NCBI RefSeq assembly: GCF_006345805.1
Contig: NC_043004.1
Span: 88,722,001-88,786,000 of the forward strand
DNA from: Octopus sinensis
Taxonomy: Eukaryota
DNA length: 64,000 nt
Direction: 5' to 3'
Of this stretch, positions 1 to 12,296 are shown piece after piece; positions within the stretch are counted from its first letter, which is position 1, and the number at the start of each line of letters is the position of its first letter. The notes beneath the pieces were generated by a model. The model made no database searches and was not told the DNA's origin. It worked only from the letters and a program-made list of their open reading frames with translations. The position numbers and the translations under genes are program-made.

Positions 1-162
1 TGCCGGGCAAAATGCTTAGCGGTATTTCGTCCGACTCTACGATGTGTGTTCAAATTCCACCGGCGTCCACTTTCTTTCGGGGTCGATAAAATAAGCAGTG
101 ATGTCGATGTCGACTTACCCTCCCCATCAAATTACTGACCTTGTGCCACAATTTGAAACCAA
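1..162 (+). mobile_element. tRNA-derived SINE family B (cut by the window start)
   Basis: GCCGGGCAAAATGCTTAGCGGTATTTCGTC...GTTCAAATTCC...GGGGTCGATAAAATAAG. Confidence 0.8.
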
Positions 163-257
163 TATATAGTATACAGTGTAATTACAATGCTAAATAATTC
201 TTTTGGTGGCGTGGCTCCATTTATAAGCAGCAAAATCTCATAAGGTCTGACATTGCT

Positions 258-410
258 TGTTCCTTCTCGAGCCACGCCTGGCTCATAAGGGCCGGTTTTC
301 CGGTTTCCTTGGCGTATAGGTTCCCCACCTGGACGGGACGCCGGTCCGTCGAACCCGCGATCTCTCGACTGCGAGTCCGCTGCTCTAACCACTACGCCAT
401 GTACCTCCAC
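258..410 (-). mobile_element. tRNA-derived SINE with internal deletion; related copy at ~57085-57318
   Basis: Minus strand TGGCGTAGTGGTTAGAGCAGCGGACTCGCAGTC...GGTTCGA fused directly to the 3' tail CCGGCGTCCCGTCCAGG... Confidence 0.7.
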
Positions 411-559
411 ACAAGACCTGACATTAGTAACAGGAAAACCCATATTCATTCTATATAAATTTAACATATTCCTATCGTACATTAACCTTTTATATCCAAT
501 CTAAGAATTGCCAAAGCATGGTTCAAAAAAGTGAGTGCCATTGCCTTATCAGTGTGGCA

Positions 560-870
560 GGATTAAGAGGACACAGAAAGTATTATAAGCAGAATAACTT
601 TTTGCATACACACCCCCACTGATATCCACATGATACTCCATCTTTCCTCTAGTAGGTATTCTTAATGTATCTCACTCCTCAGATAGCATTTACCATTTTA
701 CCCAGCCATTTCTCTTAGAGCAGCAACCATTTGGAATCCCTTCCCTCCATACGTTTTCATGCAGTTGGCTGTTAACGAAGATTCTAGGTCAACGTTACCC
801 ACGTTGATCTCAATCCAGTCTCGGACGGCGAACCAATCCATCATTGAGACTCTTCATCTGACTAATTAGT
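560..870 (+). mobile_element. Possible CR1/Jockey-group LINE 3' end, highly decayed
   Basis: HFTQPFLLRAATIWNPFPPYVF resembles the F.PR...WN.LP..VF C-terminal motif. Confidence 0.4.
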
Positions 871-2686
871 AAAATCAATATCAGAGGTGTACTTGCTCGG
901 CAAATGATTTCATCTGAGACTGTGTTGAAACTGAAGCAATGATAGTGTGGAAGATAAGTATTAGTCATTAAAAAAACATGCAAAAACTATTAACTTCACT
1001 TAAACATCAGTATCAAAATTTATGAAAAATATACATTTTATACCCTGTAACCAGTATATACTGGTCTCCAGCCTTTTCTCAAAATTTTCGCCGTACTATC
1101 TGCGACGTGATCACTACCACAGTGGAACTGTTGCACTGATCAGGTTGCAGATAGTGCTACAAAAATTTTGAGACTAAATAATGTTTAAATGAAGTTCAGA
1201 GTTTTATGTTTTTGAATAGTTAATATACGTCTGCCAGTCAGTAATTTCTAGTACAGTAAAGTCGAACACCTAAAGATATTGTGTCGAATCTTTGACTTAA
1301 CAAGTCGTAACCAAGATCTCTCCATCGCTATTAATGTGATAACTATGAAATGATAGAACGGTATTATTATAATGTGGTAATACAACTTATGTCGAAAGAA
1401 AATCGACAACTGGTTATTGAACATAGAGGTTTAAAAGTGATATGAAGTGACTTTGCAGTCAACTTTGAGATCGATTCGACAGATGAGTGAATGGACAATG
1501 AATGGGTTTATACTAAATAACTTAAATATTTCATCAAAGATTGCTTTGTGAACGACTATTATGAATGACACGGCTAAAAGATTAAATCAGCCTGTCAAAT
1601 TCATCAATTTTATTGAATTAATTAATCTTTTTTATCTTTTATTATTTGTCACGAGAGTTCAGAGAAAAATATTTGGGGACAAAACTACAGTAGATGTAGT
1701 TGTAATGTAAAAGTAATTTAGAAAAAATCTTTGATTAAAGAAAAGGTAATTATTTCTTTGACTTCAGTGGTGAAAGTTACAGTCAACACCAGCAGGATTT
1801 GAAAGAGAACAAGATAGACAGATAATATGAAATATTGATTTTAAATTTGGACACAAGGCCAGCAATCTTCGGGAGGGGTTAAGTCGATTACATCGATTCC
1901 GGTGTTCCACTGGTAGTTATTTTAACGACTCCGAGAGTCTTGGGCGAGTGTTTTTGTTTTTTTTTTGTGGGGGAGCTTTTATTACCACTGCTGTAGGTTA
2001 GCCTAACTTTAGTATGTGAATTTATGTAAACGGAAACTGTGCGAAAGCCTATCGTATTGATTGTATCTATAATTCAAAGGCACAGCTTTGTCACACATTG
2101 TCACGTTGATTATTCTGTCTGTGAATTAACGTTAAGAAACAAGCCTCTCTTTGGAATACTCAACCAGTCAATCACACGCTAATTTATTGAGCAGTCATAT
2201 CAATTCATGGAACACCCGAATACTCATCGTCGAAATCGACAAAGATCCATTAACTTACTTTATTTCTAAAACCACTTTGCTATATGAGTGACTGGTCCTG
2301 AAACCAAACTGTTTGCGCAGTCGAATTATGCAATATTGAAAGTTAAACTAATATTTTATTATTACCGTACTTCAGTTTTCCTGACGGACAAGTCAACAAA
2401 AGAGTAATTGTTATGTACTGATATTTTGTTCCGGCTCAATTTTAAATTATAATACCCAGTTGTCAGTTACATTTTTCAAATTTCAAGTAAAAATTAGTAA
2501 CGAAGTATAAATTAGAATAGGTTGTTCATCCTTTGTCCTAGTTCTTTACTTATTTTTGTCTGACAAATCAGCTCAGGCATTGCTAAATGGTTAAGAACTC
2601 GCTTCGCAATTTCGTGCTTTGGGGGTCAGTTTGGCTCCGACCTGATCGATATTTTGCGAGTGATATTCATTGACGGGAGTCTGTCG

Positions 2687-2717
<31 letters not shown>

Positions 2718-2840
2718 ACAGAGGAGTCTAGTGTAATCCATAGGCAGGAGAAGTGCAGCTGAAGTGTAGAAAGTCCGGTAGAAGTTCGTGGGTGATGAGA
2801 GGAGACAGGATCAACTGGTACGACCACGTGAGCGTGTAAT

Positions 2841-2964
2841 ATATGGGGAGAATTCACACTAAAAAACAAAAGACGAAGACAGGTGGTGTAGACAACAAAC
2901 AGATGTATTAGTATAACGCTTGGGAAGTGAAAAAGTCTTTAACGTTTCGAGCCTACGCTCTTCC
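2841..2964 (-). repeat. Truncated family-1 PLE-type repeat
   Basis: Reverse complement of ~12306-12440; ends in (TA)n inside the hammerhead core. Confidence 0.75.
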
Positions 2965-3799
2965 ATATATATATATATATATATACGTTTAAATATTTGT
3001 TGTGCAAGATTTTTTATGTGAAGTCGTGTGTTGAAACAGATATTGTTATATTTCGGAATGGTCATATTGCCAGTTTAGCCAATAAAAACACAGGCACTAT
3101 ATATTTGGTGTTATTTTGCTTCAGTGATATTTATTTTTTTACATTAATCTTAATCTTATTTCGGCCAAGTTCTTTCGTCACACTCCTGTGACCGCATCAG
3201 TGGTCCTTTGTTTTCTTCTCACTTACTTGTGTCTCCCTTACTAACCGTCAGCCATTTTGTATTTCTATTGTATGTCTTCATTTGCACATGCTTATATCTC
3301 TATGTGCGTCTATGTTTATTTAGTGTGTGTGTGGGGGGGATGCCTGTAATATTTGTATCTTCTGGTTATATCCATTCTTGTAATTTGTATTTTGTTTTTT
3401 TGTTGTTGTTGTTGCTTTTGTTCTAATTTTGTTCATGTGTTTACATCCACCCATTATTATCATTACATATGCTTGTTGTATGTATAACAACAATATTAGT
3501 AATAATAATAATAATCTAATTGAAAAAAAAAAAAAAAAAAAATAATATATATATTATTATATATATATATATATATATATACATATTATATATATATATA
3601 TTACATAATATATATATATATACTATATATATATATATACATATATATATATACTATATATATACACATATACACACACATATACATACACATATACATA
3701 TATATAGTTATTCATTTCTATTTCTTTAATTATCTGTGTATTTATTATGTTTGCAGGATCCACTATCGTCATATGTTGTGGTGTGCGCTATTGCTCCAT

Positions 3800-4771
3800 T
3801 CTAGTTTTCTATTCAGCCTAGGTTTATTTTCTATTATATTGTAGCTTCTGTAATTTGTCTAATTGTTGCATCTGTTCTATGTGTGGACAATATCTTAATC
3901 TCTATGTTATTGATTGATCCCCCGTGTTCTTGTTCAGCGTGTTGGTACAGAATCGATGAGCTTTTACCTTCCTTGAGTTGTCTCCAATGTTCATTCACCC
4001 GCTCACCAATGCTTCTTGCTGTTTCCCCTACGTATGTTACTGTCTTGTTACTGTATCGTCCCTCTATACATCTTATACTATAGACCACATTTCTGGCTTT
4101 ACAGTTTGTTTGTGGGCTAAATCTACATACAGTGCAATAGTTATCCGTACAGAGAGTTCTACTAAAAGGATAGCTTATACCAATATAGATCTGATAGGGT
4201 TGCCTGGCTTTTCAACAACCTTAATTCTTAGTTTAAGTTTATCTAGGGTCCTTCTAAAGCGGTACGCCAGTTCACCTCCAGGGGTGGTGTCAACGAACAT
4301 GACACTCTGGTATTTATGGCTATCATACCAAGAGTTGGCCTTCCCTATTTTCTTTTTTGTCCTTTCTATAGTGTTCCATGACTTGTTCCTATAGAGTGGG
4401 CAAATCCCATTCCTATCATTACATAATATATTATCAAATTTCTTCATGGCTCCTTTGTATACTCTGACCCTTTCTTTATGGCTGTAACCTGAGAACTGCA
4501 TGCGGTGAATGAAATACTGTATGTGTCTCTTTAATTCTGTAGGCTCGCACATGCGTGACACATTTCTCATTATTCTGACGAGGTCTGCCATCAAAATATT
4601 GAATTTGGCATTGCCCGCAATGGCTGAGTTCCGGTGGATCAGGTATTTTGAGGCCATAGGTTTTGCATAGTATGAATGAAGGATTTGGGTTTCATTTTTC
4701 ACAATTTCTAGCCAGAGTTCAGTGTCTAGTACTGGTAGTCTATGGTTGGGGTGTTTAGTGGGGTAGTCTAT
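3800..4771 (-). pseudogene. Inverted duplicate of the PLE RT thumb / GIY-YIG region
   Basis: ORFs 4175..4777 and 3834..4088 are almost identical in protein to the + strand ORFs between 5181 and 6397. Confidence 0.9.
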
Positions 4772-6397
4772 ACCCATCGATTGACGTAGATTTTGCAGTG
4801 GAGAAGTGCGTGGAGATGATCAACGAGAGCCAGGTGGAGTTCTGTAATGTCGACACAGAAGAACTGGGCCTCCTACTTAGACTGACATATAATAGTGAAT
4901 ACTTAGATAAACATAATCTTAGTAGTTTCTGCCCCAGTAGATGTTTAAGAGGTAGACCGCCTACAATTACTTCTATGGCTAGGAAGACACATATAGAAAG
5001 ATGGCGCGGATGGACCAGAGCCATACGGAGCCCCGCAAATGTCCATCAGGTAAAGAAAATGATCGCACATGCACTAGGAGCTAGTATAAGAGTTACCCTA
5101 AAAGGCCACACATTTAAATTAAATAATAAAATATATGCCAGGACGAGGGGGCAGCCATCGGTGTTAGTATCGCTGGTGATGTGGCCAACCTCTTCATGGT
5201 ATGGTGGGACAGAAGGCTTAAAGAATGCCTACTGCAGAAATCCATACTCGTAAACATGTACTCTCGCTATGTTGATAATATCAATATAGTAGTAAAGGCA
5301 CCCCCACAAGAGAGTAATGTTGATATAGTAATAGAAACTAATACTATGGAGAGCATCCAGCAAATAGCTAACTCCATCCACCAGAGTATTAAGGTCACAA
5401 TAGACTACCCCACTAAACACCCCAACCATAGACTACCAGTACTAGACACTGAACTCTGGCTAGAAATTGTGAAAAATGAAACCCAAATCCTTCATTCATA
5501 CTATGCAAAACCTATGGCCTCAAAATACCTGATCCACCGGAACTCAGCCATTGCGGGCAATGCCAAATTCAATATTTTGATGGCAGACTCGTCAGAATAA
5601 TGAGAAATGTGTCACGCATGTGCGAGCCTACAGAATTAAAGAGACACATACAGTATTTCATTCACCGCATGCAGTTCTCAGGTTACAGCCATAAAGAAAG
5701 GGTCAGAGTATACAAAGGAGCCATGAAGAAATTTGATAATATATTATGTAATGATAGGAATGGGATTTGCCCACTCTATAGAACAAGTCATGGAACACTA
5801 TAGAAAGGACAAAAAAGAAATAGGGAAGGCCAACTCTTGGTATGATAGCCATAAATACCAGAGTGTCATGTTCGTTGACACCACCCCTGGAGGTGAACTG
5901 GCGTACCGCTTTAGAAGGACCCTAGATAACTTAAACTAAGAATTAAGGTTGTTGAAAAGCCAGGCAACCCTATCAGATCTATAATTGGTATAAGCTATCC
6001 TTTTAGTAGAACTCTCTGTACGGATAACTATTGCACTGTATGTAGATTTAGCCCACAAACAAACTGTAAAGCCAGAAATGTGGTCTATAGTATAAGATGT
6101 ATAGAGGGACGATGCAGTAACAAGACAGTAACATACGTAGGGGAAACAGCAAGAAGCATTGGTGAGGCGGTGAATGAACATTGGAGACAACTCAAGGAAG
6201 GTAAAAGCTCATCGATTCTGTACCAACACGCTGAACAAGAACACGGGGGATCAATCAATAACATAGAGATTAAGATATTGTCCACACATAGAACAGATGC
6301 AACAATTAGACAAATTACAGAAGCTACACATATAATAGAAAATAAACCTAGCCTGAATAGAAAACTAGAATGGAGCAATAGCGCACACCAACTATGA
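4771..6397 (+). pseudogene. PLE RT + Cys linker + C-terminal GIY-YIG endonuclease, frameshifted
   Basis: YPSI (end of motif A), QDEGAAIGVSIAGDVANLFM (motif B', across a frameshift), RYVDNI (motif C, second Asp to Asn), LPVLD, YxKP; linker CTDNYCTVC...C; VYSIRC...TYVGET.R...EH...H...H and EATHI...PSLN. Confidence 0.9.
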
Positions 6398-6558
6398 CGA
6401 TAGTGGATCCTTCAAACATAATAAATACACAGATATTAAAGAAATAGAAATGAAGAACTATATATATGTATATGTGTGTATGTATATGTGTGTGTATATG
6501 TGTATATATATATATGTATATATATATATATGTATATATTATATATATATATATATAT

Positions 6559-6605
<47 letters not shown>

Positions 6606-7076
6606 CATTTAGATTTATTATTATTATTACTAATATTGTTGTTATACATACATACAAGCATATGTAATGATAATAATGGGTGGATGTAAACACATGAACA
6701 AAATAGAACAAAAGCAACAACAACAAAACAAAATACAAATTACAAGAATGGATATAACCAGAATTACAAATATTACAGGCAATCCCCCACACACACACAC
6801 TAAATAAACATAGACGCACATAGAGATATAAGCATGCGCAAATGAAGACATACAATAGAAATACAAAATGGCTGACGGTTAGTAAGGAGAGACACAAGTA
6901 AGTGAGAAGAAAACAAAGGACCACTGATGCGGTCACAGGAGTGTGACGAAAGAACTTTGGCCGAAATAAGATTAAGATTAATGTAAAAAATAAATATCAC
7001 TGAAGCAAAATAACACCAAATATATAGTGCGTGTGTTTTTATTGGCTAAACTGGCAATATGACCATTCCGAAATAT

Positions 7077-7144
<68 letters not shown>

Positions 7145-7149
<5 letters not shown>

Positions 7150-7765
7150 TCAAGATAGAAAATGCTAAAATAAATTTATAAAAAACATTTCAGTACCGCT
7201 TTCACTCATTGCGACTTTTTCAACTGTAAATATGGAAAATAATTAAATTTTGGAAAAATTAAAAGAAAAGATTTTTTTTTATAAAAGAATATTTGCATAG
7301 TGTTCAAATACAAGTGGCATTTTCCTTGTTTCTGCCTGTCTCTGTATCTTTTGTTTACTCTTGTGGGTTTTGAGGTCGTTGGGAATTCTTGGTAACGACG
7401 AAGAAGAAGAAGAAGAAGAAGAAGAAGAAGAAGAAGAAGAAGAAGAAGAAGAAGAAGAAGAAGAAGAAGAAGAAGAAGGAGGAGGAGGAGGAGAAGGAGG
7501 AGGAGGAGGAGGAATATAGCTAGTATGAGAGTAGTAAGGTGTTCAAGAGTCAAATGACTTAAAGTTGGCTCGTTATGGATTATAGCAGTGATTGGGACTG
7601 TTTTTTAATGAATTCTTGGGAATCTCTTGAGTGTATAATTTTAAATATTTGCGTGTATTATTCTAAGGCCGTGGTGGATATATCGTTTGTTGTAGACACA
7701 TTCAAAAGGGGTCTGTATTTTGTAATAAAGAGAGTCTCTTTACTGATTCGTTGGCTCCAGGTTGT
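7145..7765 (-). mobile_element. 3' fragment of a second, different PLE (GIY-YIG C-terminus plus 3' region)
   Basis: Minus-strand reading from ~7764 gives TTWSQRISKETLFITKYRPLLNVST, the R..KE..FI....P.LN end of PLE GIY-YIG. A degenerate hammerhead-like motif lies at ~7190-7228. Confidence 0.6.
7400..7513. repeat. (GAA)n-(GGA)n purine tract
   Basis: Direct reading of the sequence. Confidence 0.95.
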
Positions 7766-7986
7766 ATATATAATAAAATTAATAATTATATATATATATA
7801 TGTGTGTATAATTATATTAAGGGAGCAAGGGTTAAAAAAACGACCTATTTCCCTTAATATAATTATATACATATATATATATAATTATCAATTTAATGTA
7901 TAAATTACCGATAAATTTTTATTGCATGCTAACTACCTGATAAAAATCATTAACGTGATTTTATCCTTATATTCTAGTATGAATTA

Positions 7987-8048
<62 letters not shown>

Positions 8049-8776
8049 TGTGTGTGCATGCAAGTATGTATAAATGAAAAAGATGAATTCAAAACATAAG
8101 AGTGAAGGAAGGTGTCAACTTTTGCGATGCAGCTGTTTAAACCACCAGTTGTTTTCTCCTTCATTATATTTTCTTTCGAATGTTTGTGTAAAATATCCCT
8201 GCTCATCTATTTCCACCCGTCCTCCAAGTGTTTCAGGGAGGTTGTTAAATTCCTAGTGTAATTCCTCTGTAGAAACACACATTTACCAAATACAAAGAGA
8301 ATATGTCACTAAAAACTGGAATATTATTCTCAAGGTGCAAATTCGCTCGATAAATGAGACGTAGTTGTCACATCTCTCTAACACAAACGTTGTCTTGTTA
8401 TGAATAAAGTGTATATACTGGTTTCAGACATATCTTTGACTTTTCACATTTTTCAGGCACTAGAGCGCGGCCATGCGGGGGCATCGCCTAGAAAGGTTCA
8501 GATGAACCGATAGAATCTAATATGTATTTTCTGAAAATCTATCAACCTCTTTTGCAACCAACGGAGACGCAAACAAACCAGCACCGGTTGTCAAACAGTT
8601 GTGTTGAGAAAAGCACGCACGCACACACACACACAGGCACACACACACACACACACACAAATACACACATTAATTCATTCTAGAATATAAGGATAAAATC
8701 ACGTTAATGATTTTTATCAGGTAGTTAGCATGCAATAAAACACACACACACACACACACACAACACACACACACAC

Positions 8777-8820
<44 letters not shown>

Positions 8821-9216
8821 GCTTTTTTTGGTATTTGGATTGCAAGATTCTTGACTTGAATTCGTGTGTTGAAAAAAAATTCTTTCGGGGGGGTACCTAT
8901 GCCAATATTAAAACACCAGTGCGTGTGTTATTACTGGCGTAATGACCTTCCCAAGACACGCTATGTATATGGTGGGGTGTATGTATGTCAGGACGGCCAT
9001 GAGGGCTGCGGGTAACGTGTAATCCAATTCAACCTGTTGCATAGTCTGATTGTCGGCAGATAAGCCGGCAATATGAGCAAGGCTGGTTGGAGATTAGGGT
9101 AGTTTATGTACACCCCGCTGGATGAAAAACAAGACCCGTCAAAGGAGGAATGAACTCAGTAGAGTCAACGACCATCCGGACTACATGATATTTCTTTACG
9201 TATATATATATATATA

Positions 9217-9256
<40 letters not shown>

Positions 9257-9330
9257 TATATATATATATAATATACATATATATACTGCACGCATATGTA
9301 TATATATATATATAATATATATATATATAT

Positions 9331-9387
<57 letters not shown>

Positions 9388-9408
9388 TATATATACTGCA
9401 CGCATATG

Positions 9409-9440
<32 letters not shown>

Positions 9441-9451
9441 ATATATATATA

Positions 9452-10054
9452 CTAGCTCCTGTGAAGGGCTCTTCACTAGGCCTTGGGCCAACAATGATAC
9501 TTCATACATTGTGTACATATTAAACTTTATTAAACCCGAACAATATTTTTGAAGCAATGAACAATTTTTATCAAAACAATGATATAATTTGTCATGCAAA
9601 GCTGCATGATAAACAACAGTACCATCACCATCGCCACCACCTCTGCCATACACACACCATTCACACTTCTGACTCCACCACCATCAATACATTTGACTTC
9701 GCCGCCTTCCCCTCCTCCATCATCACCAGTCTTTCACATCACTTACTCTCACCGTCATCCCTGACCACCTTCAGCTACCACTACCATCACCACCATCATC
9801 ACTACCGTCTCTGCATCCATCACAACTACCGTTCATACTATTACTACCACCCCATTACCATTACAAAAGGGTAAATGTGTGTGTAAAAGAATTGTGTTCA
9901 GAATGTTTGTTCAGTATGTTAGTTCAGTGTTCAGTCCCTCTTTCTCTCACATACCCAATCTTTCTTATTACTTCTCTCACTACCACCATCAACACTACTG
10001 CTTTTAATAAAAACATCATCAACTCTCCCTAAATTTCTTTCTTTCTCTTTTTCA

Positions 10055-10120
<66 letters not shown>

Positions 10121-10264
10121 TCGCCACCGCCTTCACCGTCTCTATGCCTACTATTACTCACTGCAGCATGAGCAATGGTAAAAGTGTCAATTAATAGTGA
10201 GAGAAGGGGTCGAAGTGTGACACACTGACACACAGAAATTAGTTGTCGCATTTATTATATTAGA
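9452..10264 (-). mobile_element. Non-autonomous Helitron, apparently complete (813 bp)
   Basis: Minus strand starts A|TCTAATATAATAAATG...GTGTGTCAGTGTGTCAC and ends GTGAAG(agcc)CTTCAC-AGGAG-CTAG|T: 5' TC, 3' hairpin + CTAG, A/T target, no TSD. Confidence 0.75.
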
Positions 10265-10289
10265 TATATATTTTTTCTTCTTTTTCTTA

Positions 10290-10830
10290 GGTCCGTTGGT
10301 GCCTTTTAGCGGCACATCAGGCAGTCAGTGATCGCCAGTTGTATCCTTCTCTGGCCAACCAACACGCTTCTTTCTAGGTGGAAGGTACTACGCCATATCT
10401 TCCTTGACCGGTCTCTTTTCCTCATCCTTTCCAGCATCCAGCCCATGTCTGTTTTAGCAAGCTTCTTCTCTGGCAAGCCTCTCCTCTGGCAAGCCTCTCC
10501 TTTGGCAAGCTTCTCCTCTATGCTTCCAACCATTCTCAGTCGACGTTCGATTACAATTGCATGCAAGGACCTTCTTGCTGCTTGGAGAATGGCTTGATTT
10601 GTCACTCTGCTTCAGTTATTGATTCTTGAGGTCTATTTGAGGCACTTCTGATGATATACGTCGAGTTGGCAGGCGACTTTTGGTGTCATCTTCCAGATCC
10701 CAGGTGCATAGATTGCTATGGGCAGTATTATCGTTCTGTACAGACGAATCTTCAGATTTATACTTATATTATTGCTACACCAAAGTGTTGTTAGTCTTGC
10801 CAATCCTGCAGCTTACATCTCTCTCAACAT
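10290..10830 (-). mobile_element. RTE-clade LINE 3' fragment
   Basis: TNQAILQAARRSLHAIVIERRLRMVG...RKRDRSRKIWRSTF, ending in a short A-rich tail. Confidence 0.7.
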
Positions 10831-10835
10831 TACCG

Positions 10836-10873
<38 letters not shown>

Positions 10874-11095
10874 TTGTGTCTGGGGAGAGTCATTCTCTTT
10901 TGGTGCCTTATAATTTAAGACACTCATCGGTAAAATTTCCACTTATTTGTTTTTTATTATTTAAAAATTTCTCTAAAATTTTCGTGCGTCTTACAACCTT
11001 TTCAATAGTTTTGACTACTCTACATCTTGCAACCTAATCCACCTTGGCAAGGGAAAATGATTAACAAATAAGAAATTTCTAAGTCCTTGTATGTG

Positions 11096-11176
<81 letters not shown>

Positions 11177-11461
11177 AAATATAATTGTCAACTAAATGTG
11201 ATGATCCCATAGAGGGCGATGCTACTGTGTTTTGATCCCCAGGAGGACGGAGAAGATGCCCTCCTGGGGCTAAAAACAACAGTAGCTGTAAGCTGTAGCG
11301 AGTCAAAACTATTGAAAAGGTTGCAAGACGCAATAAAAATTTTAGAAAAATAAAAAACAAAATAAAAAAGAACGGGAACCAATAAACTAGACTCTCCCAA
11401 GACACAACAGATTATGCTTCAACACACGAAATCATAAAATCTTGCAAACCAAATGCAAAAA

Positions 11462-11496
<35 letters not shown>

Positions 11497-11599
11497 GATG
11501 TTTAAACCTCTTGTAGGGATATTTATTCAAAATACACTGGTTTAATATTATATTTTGAAGAGATGTTTCTTCAATGAATAATATATTATATAAAATATC

Positions 11600-11912
11600 G
11601 TAAAATATTAAACGTTATTATCGAGTTACAAAACAGAGAGATCTAATGGATGCAATTTAATTTATTAATTAATCAACATATTCACCAACAATTGTTTCAT
11701 TTCACAAACAAAATTAAAATTATACAACATATATAAATATATAATACATAAATATATAAAATGCGTAATTATATATTTATATATGTTTTGTAATTTTGGT
11801 TTTGTTTGTGAAATGAAACAGTTATAGGTGAATATTTTGATTAATTAATAAATTAATTTTTATTCATTAGATCACTCTGTTTTGTAACTCGATAATAATT
11901 TTTGATATTTAT
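11600..11912. repeat. AT-rich fold-back palindrome (~140-bp arms)
   Basis: TTATTATCGAGTTACAAAACAGAG...TTTCATTTCACAAACAAAA vs TTTTGTTTGTGAAATGAAA...CTCTGTTTTGTAACTCGATAATAA. Confidence 0.85.
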
Positions 11913-12045
11913 ATATATATATATAACCAAATTACGATACATATATATTTATATTTAACAAAATTACATGATTTTTATGCATATATATTTATAGCAATAT
12001 TAAATCTCAGAGCGAGAAATAAACAGTAGGATAACGGAATCGTAA

Positions 12046-12197
12046 AATATAATTGCCAACTAAATGTGGCAGTCCCATAGAGGACGATGCTACTGTTGTT
12101 TTTAGCCCCAGGAAAGCATCTCCACCGTTCTCCTGGGGATAAAAACAACAGTAGCATCGCCCTCTATGGCATCATCACATTTTGTAAGCAATTATAT
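12046..12197. repeat. Fold-back palindrome (~65-bp arms)
   Basis: CCATAGAGG.CGATGCTACTGTTGTTTTTA.CCCCAGGA / TCCTGGGG.TAAAAACAACAGTAGCATCG.CCTCTATGG; partial copy at ~11175-11286. Confidence 0.85.
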
Positions 12198-12296
12198 ATT
12201 ATATATATATATATATATATTCTGTCCGGCCTTTGCCATGATAGATCGCTAGCCACTACACATTCTTTATTTTCTCTCCTTGTTTCTTTCTGTTTT

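Larger units (their letters stand above)
2986..7084. mobile_element. Penelope-like retroelement (PLE), 5'-truncated, head-to-head inverted structure
   Basis: The + copy (4771-7084) carries RT and GIY-YIG; 3040-4771 is the reverse complement of 5400-7084. Both outer ends abut (TA)n. Confidence 0.92.

Noticed and set aside
4771-6397. Selenocysteine-encoding (Naiad-type) PLE
   Set aside because: The endonuclease is C-terminal, and the ORF breaks are frameshifts rather than in-frame TGA at Cys positions.
10262-10360. Strong-looking acceptor TTTTTCTTAG|GTCCG as the upstream 68-nt exon
   Set aside because: It is the reverse complement of an RTE LINE tail, and the translation lacks the I.S.GP.SE..M motif.
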